64,000 nt of DNA from a bacterium (GTDB taxonomy: Bacteria > Patescibacteriota > Minisyncoccia > Phycocordibacterales > UBA5272), in contig JAIXVU010000001.1 in assembly GCA_027482685.1 (NCBI GenBank), forward strand, positions 64,910 to 128,909. Direction: 5' to 3'. Position 1 is the stretch's first letter, and the number at the start of each line of letters is the position of its first letter. Positions 56,439 to 64,000 of this stretch are shown one piece after another. Below the pieces are notes generated by a model. That model searched no databases, was not told where the DNA came from, and saw nothing but the letters and a program-made list of their open reading frames with translations. The translations under genes were made by a program, and so were the position numbers.

Positions 56439-57710
56439 TTAACTACGAAATGGGGATCCAAGCACTGTTTTACCGTTCATGAATGGTACAAGCACATCTG
56501 GAACACGTATTGTGCCATCAGCCTGCTGATAATTTTCAATAATCGCTGTTAGAAGACGCGGAGTTGCTGCAGCAGTGTTATTAAGGGAATGAGTATATTG
56601 GAGCTTGTCATTATCCTTATATCGAATATTAAGCCGTCGTGTTTGATAATCGTGGAAATAGCTCGCTGAGTGTGTTTCGCGATACTTATTTTGTGATGGC
56701 ATCCATGCCTCTATATCATATTTTTTTACTTGACCCTGTCCAAGATCTCCACCACAATTAATAACAGTGTGATATGGAATGCCTAGCTCTTCCATCATCT
56801 CTTCTGCATGAGCGCGAATCTCTTCATGGAACTTTACTGATGTCTCGTGACTTGCTTCGCAGAGTATAACTTGCTCACACTTATAGAATTCATGTACACG
56901 AACCAGGCCTTTTACATCCTTGCCGTGACTACCTGCTTCTTTTCGAAAACACGGACTCCAAACAATGTATTTTTTTGGAAGAGATGCCTTATCTAACACC
57001 TCATCACTGTGATAGAACATTGTCGCAACCTCTCCAGTGCCTGCCATGTAGTCGTTACCATCTTTATACAAATCATCTTCTCCTTGTGGTAGATATCCAG
57101 TGCCTAGGAGGGCTTCACGTTTAACCAATGATGGGACAAGCATAGGTTCAAAACCCTTTGCCTGCCATCTCTGCATGACGTAGCTCCATATCGCCATCTC
57201 AAGCATTGCTCCATCATTCTTGAGAAAATACCCTCTGAATCCAGCAGTTTTTGTACCACGTTCAAAGTCCACCATAGCATGAGCTTCCATCAGCTCTATG
57301 TGATCAAGTGGAGTAAATGACTTTCCTTCAATATCACCCCAACGCTTGACTTCAACATTATCAGCATCACTTGCTCCTTCAGGGACAGACATATCTGGAA
57401 TGTTAGGCACTGCAAGCATGAGTATACGCCATGACTTCATCACTTCTTCTAATTCTTCTTCTTTTGCTTTTAAGCTCTCTTTTACATTTCGCATCTCATC
57501 GATTAGAGTTGTACGCTCTAATGCCTGTGCTTTTGTGATAGCGTCACTTGCAGCGTTTTGCTTTGCACGGAGATCTTCTACAACTTTTAGGAGTTCTAAC
57601 CGTTTAGAGTCAGCTGCGATGAGATCGTCAACATTGAAAGACATGTGCTTTTTCGTTGCTGCAAGTTTGATGAGGTCACTATTCTCACGAATGAATTTAA
57701 TATCTAACAT
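56439..57710 (-). CDS. serS: Serine--tRNA ligase
   Basis: An N-terminal coiled-coil arm and class II aaRS motifs are present, together with the SerRS-typical sequences (FRKEAGS...; GQGQVKKYDIEAW). The size is 423 aa. Confidence 0.9.
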   Translation of the reverse strand: MLDIKFIRENSDLIKLAATKKHMSFNVDDLIAADSKRLELLKVVEDLRAKQNAASDAITKAQALERTTLIDEMRNVKESLKAKEEELEEVMKSWRILMLAVPNIPDMSVPEGASDADNVEVKRWGDIEGKSFTPLDHIELMEAHAMVDFERGTKTAGFRGYFLKNDGAMLEMAIWSYVMQRWQAKGFEPMLVPSLVKREALLGTGYLPQGEDDLYKDGNDYMAGTGEVATMFYHSDEVLDKASLPKKYIVWSPCFRKEAGSHGKDVKGLVRVHEFYKCEQVILCEASHETSVKFHEEIRAHAEEMMEELGIPYHTVINCGGDLGQGQVKKYDIEAWMPSQNKYRETHSASYFHDYQTRRLNIRYKDNDKLQYTHSLNNTAAATPRLLTAIIENYQQADGTIRVPDVLVPFMNGKTVLGSPFRS

Positions 57711-57778
57711 AATGTGTATAAGTGTAGCATGTTTATAATACCTTATAAAAGTGCACTAGGCACGGTATACTAGGTGAT

Positions 57779-58447
57779 ATGATTATTGACGAAAAAGACG
57801 AAACAATGTATAAAAACATGTCATATGTTACCCCGCATGTATACCGTCATGATACAAGTTACAAACGAATACCTAAAACACTAAGAGAAAAAACTGCTAA
57901 ATGTATTGTGCACTTGCTTGCACTTTTTTTTAATATTGTATTTAAATTTCGATATGGACATCGCGCAATTGTCTTAGAAACAATTGCAGCAGTCCCAGGA
58001 ATGGTTGGGGCGCTCTTCCAACACCTAAAATCACTTCGTCGTATCCAAAAAGATCACGGACGTATACGAGCATTGCTTGATGAGGCTGAAAATGAGCGCG
58101 TACACCTTCTTGTTTATAACCAGATAGCTAAACCAACGACTTTCGAGCGACTACTTATTATCGGAGCACAAATGTTTTTCTTTATATTTTATTTTTGTTT
58201 GTATGCTGTCTCATCGAAAACAGCACACTGCGTCGTTGGATATCTAGAAGAAGAAGCAATTCACAGCTATACAAGATATCATGAACTTGTTGTTATGGGT
58301 ATGCATAAAAATGTACCAGCTACAGAGCTTGCAAAGATGTATTGGAATCTCCCAGATGATGCGCGGTTAACGGACATAATAGATGCAACGATTAAAGATG
58401 AGACACTTCATCGTGATGTAAATCACAAGTTTGCTGATGTACTCTAG
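57779..58447 (+). CDS. Alternative oxidase (AOX; di-iron ubiquinol oxidase)
   Basis: All four AOX di-iron motifs are present: LETIAAVPGMVGA, NERVHL, LEEEAIHSYT and DETLHRDVNH. Confidence 0.8.
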   Translation: MIIDEKDETMYKNMSYVTPHVYRHDTSYKRIPKTLREKTAKCIVHLLALFFNIVFKFRYGHRAIVLETIAAVPGMVGALFQHLKSLRRIQKDHGRIRALLDEAENERVHLLVYNQIAKPTTFERLLIIGAQMFFFIFYFCLYAVSSKTAHCVVGYLEEEAIHSYTRYHELVVMGMHKNVPATELAKMYWNLPDDARLTDIIDATIKDETLHRDVNHKFADVL

Positions 58448-58517
58448 TGTATGCAAATAATGCCCACATCCGATGGATGTGGGCATTTGAAAGATGGACT
58501 TTTCTACTGTGCTATTA

Positions 58518-59171
58518 CTACACACGCATAGTCCAGTTTGTGTTATAACGTTCGGGGTATCGTGGCGTAACCCCGCTATAGAATGCGCGGATATGTTCCA
58601 TGACACTTGCATGATCTTCTGTCGGAGTGATATATCCTCCGATACCTACGTAGCGACAACGGTAGTCGACATATCCGTAGGCAATCGGCACATGTGCCAT
58701 CCGTGCAATATGGTAGAAACCGCTCCTCCATACAGGGGTAAAAGATCTTGTTCCTTCTGGTGCAACCATGACCATCAATGGTCCATCATGTGTTGCAATA
58801 TAATCTGCCATACAGAGAACCTTATCCCCTCGTACATTGCGATTGACGGGAATCATTCCAAGTTTTGTCATGATCGCATGAAATGGGAACCGTGCCAACT
58901 GCTTCTTGCCCATCCAGCGCATTGGTAGACCCAGTTGCAGTCCAGCCAAAAGCATGATCACCACATCGATGTTGCTCGTATGCGGAGCGGCGATCACAAC
59001 GCACTTCTCGATAGATGATGGGAGAATGTTCCTAGCTTCCCATCCCATGATCGACAAGATACGATGAGCGATCCACCCAAGAATGGTGTTGACCCGAGAT
59101 GATTCAAAGATTGTTTTCATCGTACAAAAACCCTTATGATTGAACGTAGGACTTTGCCTACAAAAGAACAA
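58518..59171 (-). CDS. Lysophospholipid (1-acyl-sn-glycerol-3-phosphate) acyltransferase, PlsC family
   Basis: The HxxxxD motif (AAPHTSNIDVV) and the PEGTR motif (APEGTRS) are present. Confidence 0.7.
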   Translation of the reverse strand: MFFCRQSPTFNHKGFCTMKTIFESSRVNTILGWIAHRILSIMGWEARNILPSSIEKCVVIAAPHTSNIDVVIMLLAGLQLGLPMRWMGKKQLARFPFHAIMTKLGMIPVNRNVRGDKVLCMADYIATHDGPLMVMVAPEGTRSFTPVWRSGFYHIARMAHVPIAYGYVDYRCRYVGIGGYITPTEDHASVMEHIRAFYSGVTPRYPERYNTNWTMRV

Positions 59172-59235
59172 CGGAGTATAAGTATGCCTGATAATGAAGA
59201 TATTTACAACGTTTACAGAAAAAGAAGCATATTAG

Positions 59236-59922
59236 TTATGCGTCAGGTGCGTCTATATCTGCACTTATCATGTAGTGGTCTATGTGTCCTATACGATGAG
59301 ATGTTATCTTTGCGTGACTATAGCGCAAATCCTTCGTCACAAAGATTTTATCAAGTGACAAGAACATTCTACATGTAGGCCCTAGATGCTCTAAGATATC
59401 AACATGGTCTTCACAGATAGCATCATATGACTGCTTATCTCGTGTTGAGAGAAACTTCTTGTATAGTATCCAAAAGTTAGTATCCCCAAGAATAACCCCC
59501 TTCTTTCCTGGCAGGTCAGGTAGCAGGTTGCGTGTTTGCATATGTCTCACACGCGGAGAAAATGCGTACAAGTGTATAGGGAAAAAGGTAACACCATTGA
59601 TACGATAATCATGACTATGTGTATGCTCTATATCTTCTATAGGGAATCTACTTATAAAGAGTGATACTGACTCTCGCTCACCTGTATGGATAGAGAGACG
59701 ATACTTGTGATCTTCGAAGTGCTCCGCGATAAGATCACAATCTTCAGGAAGCACCTCTTGCAAGAACATTACATCAGCATTTGCATGCTTGAGAACAGGA
59801 ATCACTTCGTCAATATTATCCCTCTGAAATGCATAATGATCCCTCCCTGGGAAATGTTTGATCCAGATGAAGTTACCTATATTCCACGATACTACTTTCA
59901 TATCATCTAACGATAGCGTCAA
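59236..59922 (-). CDS. Endonuclease/exonuclease/phosphatase (EEP) family protein
   Basis: VVSWNIGNF...DVMFLQEV and the C-terminal SDHYMISADI are typical EEP motifs. Confidence 0.65.
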   Translation of the reverse strand: MTLSLDDMKVVSWNIGNFIWIKHFPGRDHYAFQRDNIDEVIPVLKHANADVMFLQEVLPEDCDLIAEHFEDHKYRLSIHTGERESVSLFISRFPIEDIEHTHSHDYRINGVTFFPIHLYAFSPRVRHMQTRNLLPDLPGKKGVILGDTNFWILYKKFLSTRDKQSYDAICEDHVDILEHLGPTCRMFLSLDKIFVTKDLRYSHAKITSHRIGHIDHYMISADIDAPDA

Positions 59923-60015
59923 AGGTATTTGCTGTCAATGGATATACTATATGTTGGAAATGAGTACAACTTATTAAAATAAAGACCATGTCGTATAACA
60001 TGATTTTTATTACTG

Positions 60016-60088
60016 TGGACCCTAGCGGATTCGAACCGCTCGCCTCTGGAGTGCAAAACCAGTGCTCTACCAAATGAGCTAAGGGCCC
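60016..60088 (-). tRNA. tRNA-Ala (anticodon TGC)
   Basis: The reverse complement folds to acceptor GGGCCCT/AGGGTCC with the G3:U70 Ala identity pair, D-arm GCTC/GAGC, anticodon loop TTTGCAC and T-loop TTCGAAT. CCA is not encoded. Confidence 0.8.
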
Positions 60089-60140
60089 GTATTTAATTGT
60101 GTGATGAGCTTATATTTCGTTTGACAATAATAGTGGTTTT

Positions 60141-60208
60141 GCAGAACCAGTGTCTATTTTTATTTTGCCAAATGAGCTAAGGGCCCATATTTAATCGTCT
60201 GATGAACT
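60141..60208 (-). repeat. Degenerate tandem copy of the tRNA-Ala 5' portion plus about 22 bp of its upstream flank, with a short insertion in the D-arm
   Basis: GCCAAATGAGCTAAGGGCCCATATTTAATCGTCTGATGAACT matches the region 60069..60110 with 5 mismatches in 42. GCAGAACCAGTG matches the anticodon region. Confidence 0.5.
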
Positions 60209-60286
60209 AAAACCTCTTTATTTAAGGTCTCAATATTCTACCAAAAAACCACCTTTTAGGCAAGGTAGTTTTTGTACAGAACTAGG

Positions 60287-62062
60287 TTAGCCTATTTGTT
60301 CGAGCTTCTTCTCTATCTCTTTTTCGGTAATATCGAGGCGTTTCTTGAATTTTTTTAGTATCATGAGCTCTTCTTTTGTAAGTTCACGCTTCTTCTCAGC
60401 TTTTACAAGGAGTGTATGGAACTCTTCAGTGTCTCGACGAAGTGCAAGTACATTAGTCTTAAGAGTTGTCTCCGCATCAAGCATGGTACGTCTCACTTTA
60501 CGTTTGAATCGTGAGAACTGTACAAACGAATACCAGAGTGTGGCAACTACAAGTGTAGACGCAACAATAATAACAAGTAGTACTGATAGCCAATTCATAA
60601 TAAATACACCGAACCTAAGAATAGGTATACTTTCAAATGTTACGACCTTGCTACTTGTGTAATCACTGACTGCACCTTGTGTTGTTATTGCGCGAACTTT
60701 CATCTCGTATGACCCAGATTTCATACGCGCGAGTAACGCAAGCGAATAGTTACCTTGTACATCTGCATTTGTAGTTTCTGTTATACTGTTGCTATCTTTA
60801 TCAATAAGAGTAACCTCAACTGTTGCAGATGGATATGTCACTCCGGTAATGAGTAATGTATTAGTTAACTCTATATTTTTTGTATAGCTTGTTATTGTTG
60901 GAGGATCAATACCTTCTATTGTATATGTTAGTTCTGTTGAAACTTTGTTACGTGCTTTATCATATGCATTTACAATAACGGTATGTTTACCTACCCCTTT
61001 CTTAGGAAGTGAATATAAGTTAGTTGGTACGTAAGGATATACTACCTCCTTGTCACCATTGATTACAAGACCGATACTTCCAATACCTGAGAGTGTATCT
61101 GTTGCTACAACTTGTATAATTGGTTTCGGATTATATGTCGTAGAACCGTCAGGAAATGTTGCTGTTATCTTTTCAGGATTAACTGTGTCTATTTGAAAAC
61201 GATAGTGCGATACAGGTCCCCAGCCAAGCTGATTCTTAAACTGCACATGCATAAACTGAACGCCGTCATCAGAAACTGTAAACGAACGATTAGAGACTGG
61301 AGGATCATATACTCTCGTTGGGATGTCTTTTTCTTCTTCGCCGTATGAGGTTCGAACTGCTGTAACATCAACTGGAAGATTCCAGTCAAACACTATATCG
61401 CGAGAGCGATACCATGCAGTACTATCTGGGTGGGTTGATGATTTAATAACCGGAACGGCGATATCTGTTTCTACAGCATCAGTACTGTTATTAATATCTG
61501 CAATACCATCTAGAATAAATGTTGCGTTTCCAAGAGTCCTTAGAACATTTGTCGCTTCTCCATCATTTGCTAGAACTTCACCCTTTGATAACGTAACAAT
61601 TCCTTGTCCTTTTTTCTTAACTCTAAAATGTAAACTAACAATCTTACCTTGCGAACCACTAAACCCTGGATTAAGGATTGCGCCTTCTAGGGTTGCTCTA
61701 CCGGACGTATTAGAAAAAGTTGGGTCTTCGGTCCATAGTGTAATGATGGAGCCAATTTTTTTAATAGAAGTAAGTTCAAGTGTCTCAGTAGAAAAAGTAA
61801 TACCAGCTGAAACTGCGTTTATCGGATCTTGGTTACTACTCACGTAGAGGTTAACAGAAAATGTCTCCCCTATCTTATACGATCCTGTCGATGGAGAAAT
61901 GATTAGATTAGCAGCATAGACAGATGTACTTGAATATACAGCAACAATACAAAATAAAATAAACAAGTTCTTACAGAAAAGTCTATGTATACTGCTATGA
62001 AAAAAACTTTTTTGTAAGAAATGTTTTAGTTCGAGTAAGAATGTGTGAACTACAGAATACAT
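60287..62062 (-). CDS. Secreted/membrane-anchored cohesin-domain protein with a C-terminal TM helix and coiled-coil tail
   Basis: A signal peptide, a cohesin-like module (NLIISPSTGSYKIGETFSVNLYVSS...), Ig-like repeats, and a C-terminal TM helix plus a KE-rich tail are present. Confidence 0.5.
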   Translation of the reverse strand: MYSVVHTFLLELKHFLQKSFFHSSIHRLFCKNLFILFCIVAVYSSTSVYAANLIISPSTGSYKIGETFSVNLYVSSNQDPINAVSAGITFSTETLELTSIKKIGSIITLWTEDPTFSNTSGRATLEGAILNPGFSGSQGKIVSLHFRVKKKGQGIVTLSKGEVLANDGEATNVLRTLGNATFILDGIADINNSTDAVETDIAVPVIKSSTHPDSTAWYRSRDIVFDWNLPVDVTAVRTSYGEEEKDIPTRVYDPPVSNRSFTVSDDGVQFMHVQFKNQLGWGPVSHYRFQIDTVNPEKITATFPDGSTTYNPKPIIQVVATDTLSGIGSIGLVINGDKEVVYPYVPTNLYSLPKKGVGKHTVIVNAYDKARNKVSTELTYTIEGIDPPTITSYTKNIELTNTLLITGVTYPSATVEVTLIDKDSNSITETTNADVQGNYSLALLARMKSGSYEMKVRAITTQGAVSDYTSSKVVTFESIPILRFGVFIMNWLSVLLVIIVASTLVVATLWYSFVQFSRFKRKVRRTMLDAETTLKTNVLALRRDTEEFHTLLVKAEKKRELTKEELMILKKFKKRLDITEKEIEKKLEQIG

Positions 62063-63023
62063 AAATAAAAGACAATAAAATAATTATACTTATACCTATC
62101 AGTATACGTGATGAACTTGTTTTTATAGGAAGGTTGTCAACAGGAAGTATCGTCCATGTTGTATACGTATTATTTTCGTAAAAGATTTTTATATGTGTAT
62201 ATGTTGTTCGAGATTGATTATCTAGAATATACAACATAGTATTAACCTCCTTCCATTCGGAATTCTTTACGCGAGTAATATCGTATTCTCCTGTTTCAGC
62301 AACTTCTATTTTTGATACCGGGCGAACTGATTGATCTTCGATGATTGATATATACCATTTATTATCACCAATATATGGATCACGACTTGTAACAACCTGA
62401 AGAGTGTTACTATCTCGATATGATAATTCGTTTTGTACACGAGAATACTCGATAGACTGAGTAGGAACTTCTATGTTACGTGTTTGAGTTGATATAGTAA
62501 GCGGTGTTCCTTTATCATTAAAAAGATACGCACGTGCTTCTGATATGCTAATTGGTGTCATTGTTGAGCCAGCGCGATTAATTGGAATTAAAGTAACGAT
62601 AAACAATAATCCTGGGCGCACTCCGTCATAATACGGACTTCGTACACCTTTGTACCCTCCGGGCATGACGCCTTCAAAAACAAGAGTACTTGTCGTACCG
62701 CTCGTGATTATATTTGAACGTTTTGGTTGAGAGAGCCACAGTGACACAACACTACTACGTGTAGTAATACTCTCAACCTTAAATAAGGTCGCGTCGTATG
62801 TAAACTTCCCTTCAATTGCACCAAGAGCACTATCCTCAGCGTCTAATGAAACAACTACATCAAAGGGCTCACTGTTAGATGCAGACATTTTCGGAACGTC
62901 TAAGATAATAGAAGCTGCACTCCCGCTACTAAAAAGCATAAAGACAAGTAGTAGAGCTATAAAAATAGTAAGTGTTGTTTTTTTCATACGAAATATGTAC
63001 TTAACCTGTCCAGCAGTATGCAA
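61995..63023 (-). CDS. Secreted cohesin-like domain protein with a C-terminal membrane anchor
   Basis: A signal peptide, a cohesin-like beta-sandwich segment (IILDVPKMSASNSEPFDVVVSL) and a C-terminal TM helix are present. It overlaps the next gene, consistent with an operon. Confidence 0.4.
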   Translation of the reverse strand: MHTAGQVKYIFRMKKTTLTIFIALLLVFMLFSSGSAASIILDVPKMSASNSEPFDVVVSLDAEDSALGAIEGKFTYDATLFKVESITTRSSVVSLWLSQPKRSNIITSGTTSTLVFEGVMPGGYKGVRSPYYDGVRPGLLFIVTLIPINRAGSTMTPISISEARAYLFNDKGTPLTISTQTRNIEVPTQSIEYSRVQNELSYRDSNTLQVVTSRDPYIGDNKWYISIIEDQSVRPVSKIEVAETGEYDITRVKNSEWKEVNTMLYILDNQSRTTYTHIKIFYENNTYTTWTILPVDNLPIKTSSSRILIGISIIILLSFIYVFCSSHILTRTKTFLTKKFFS

Positions 63024-63993
63024 GAATACTAAAATCTACTAGATCAATAGACTCATCACGACTTAAATCAACGTTTGGAGGAAACCCGTATCTCTTATAC
63101 CAAAATGCCATGATACTAAAATCAAAAAGATTAACAAAAGAGTCATTATTGATGTCACAATAATATGTACTTATCTTACGAATTCCTATATATACATTTT
63201 TATCACCAACACGAAACTTTTGCACAGAAGAACGAGGTGAGGATAGTGCCATATTTTCTGAACGTACATGAACAGTGTAATCACCAAGTGAAATATCTGT
63301 TGATTTAAGAGTATACGACCATTCACCAGACCCAGAAAGCTTAGTAGTGAAGTGAAGGACAGTATCTATATCTTCAGAAGATATAATGTAAAGTTGAAGA
63401 ACTTGATTAGGCGCCCCTTTCCCACTAAGAGTTATGTAATCTCCGAAACGAACTTCACTTTTATCAATAGCAAGTGTTGGTGCAATAAGGATGTTATCGA
63501 TAACCGTTGTTATTCCCGTAGTAACAACAACAGAAAAAGATTGTAGATCCGTACTTCCACTACCAGGAATTTCTGCACGAACAGAAAAGGTATACGTTCC
63601 TGTGTTTAGATCACGTAATGATGAGGAAAAAAATCCTTCGTTGTTAGTTAGAACCCTGTCTACAACGATACCATTCTTAAGAATAGATACTATGCTATTA
63701 GGGTATGAAGTTCCTCTTAGGAGGACGACTTCAGATCCCGCCTCAATTGTTATGGGAACACCGCTTAGAGGATTAGTTGGTTTGTCATAGAGCGGATACG
63801 ACGGGGCAAGCGTGAGAAGAACCTGAGCAGATACAGTTACACTAGTTTCGAGAGACTCTGGGAGAGCGTGAGTAATCAGAGATTGGCTTACAAGAAGTGA
63901 AAACAGGAGAAAATATGTACGTAGTGAGAAACTACTCATCTGAGCGAGACTTTCTTTGCATTCTACGAAGTCTTTCAATGATAGCTTTATCAT
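63001..63993 (-). CDS. Secreted Ig-like repeat protein with a C-terminal dockerin domain
   Basis: Duplicated Ca-binding dockerin segments DINNDSFVNLFDFSIMA and DLSRDESIDLVDFSILA are present, with an N-terminal signal peptide (the start is possibly internal). Confidence 0.5.
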   Translation of the reverse strand: MIKLSLKDFVECKESLAQMSSFSLRTYFLLFSLLVSQSLITHALPESLETSVTVSAQVLLTLAPSYPLYDKPTNPLSGVPITIEAGSEVVLLRGTSYPNSIVSILKNGIVVDRVLTNNEGFFSSSLRDLNTGTYTFSVRAEIPGSGSTDLQSFSVVVTTGITTVIDNILIAPTLAIDKSEVRFGDYITLSGKGAPNQVLQLYIISSEDIDTVLHFTTKLSGSGEWSYTLKSTDISLGDYTVHVRSENMALSSPRSSVQKFRVGDKNVYIGIRKISTYYCDINNDSFVNLFDFSIMAFWYKRYGFPPNVDLSRDESIDLVDFSILAYCWTG

Positions 63994-64000
63994 GTCTCTT

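Noticed and set aside
1-64000. Genome-wide stop-codon recoding (code 25/4-like, as in some CPR lineages)
   Set aside because: Long conserved genes (cysS, serS, dnaB, hsdR, RND permease) are intact under the standard code. They terminate at TAA, TAG or TGA followed by terminators, for example the TAG at 428-430 after the M23 peptidase.
1-64000. CRISPR array or cas genes
   Set aside because: No regularly spaced direct repeats were found. The Cas4-like nuclease at 12332..13258 sits next to a UvrD-type helicase, not to cas1/cas2, and fits an AddAB-like context better.

Overview
This window is from an AT-rich bacterial genome of about 35% GC that uses the standard genetic code. It is probably a small, gene-dense genome, and the dockerin/cohesin proteins and scattered ribosomal protein genes are compatible with a CPR/Patescibacteria-like organism, although that placement is low-confidence inference. 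Consensus sigma70 promoters and GC-rich intrinsic terminators are visible.

Conserved backbone genes:
- rpmA, rplI, rplU, cysS, serS, dnaB, recR, rmuC, a dnaX-like gene, dus, a ctpA-like S41 protease, an RlmB-like methyltransferase, a PlsC acyltransferase and an alternative oxidase.
- A MarR-MFP-RND efflux operon.
- An AddA-like helicase-nuclease with a miniature Cas4/AddB-like Fe-S nuclease partner.

Accessory segments:
- A roughly 15 kb island (about 33030..48301) sits directly 3' of tRNA-Gln and is bounded by an exact 19-bp direct repeat.
- The island carries a large serine recombinase, a RusA-like resolvase and a ParB-N6/N4 methyltransferase fusion.
- It also carries a GIY-YIG nuclease, a PIN-domain gene paired with a 399-aa unknown partner, and a Type I R-M operon (hsdM-hsdS-hsdR) with a KAP-family P-loop NTPase gene embedded between hsdM and hsdS.
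- Several short cassettes of clearly foreign, GC-rich composition (6.3-7.8 kb, 13.3-14.1 kb, 18.6-19.8 kb) carry their own promoter, Shine-Dalgarno site and terminator. One is inserted between the AddA-like gene and its nuclease partner.

Other unusual structures:
- A 64-bp perfect palindrome built from two ATGACGTCAT units.
- A nested inverted-repeat element at the edge of a GC-rich cassette.
- Degenerate tandem copies of the 5' halves of tRNA-Gln and tRNA-Ala, each carrying a short insertion.
- An HExxH gene interrupted by a single in-frame TAG.

No CRISPR array or rRNA was seen.
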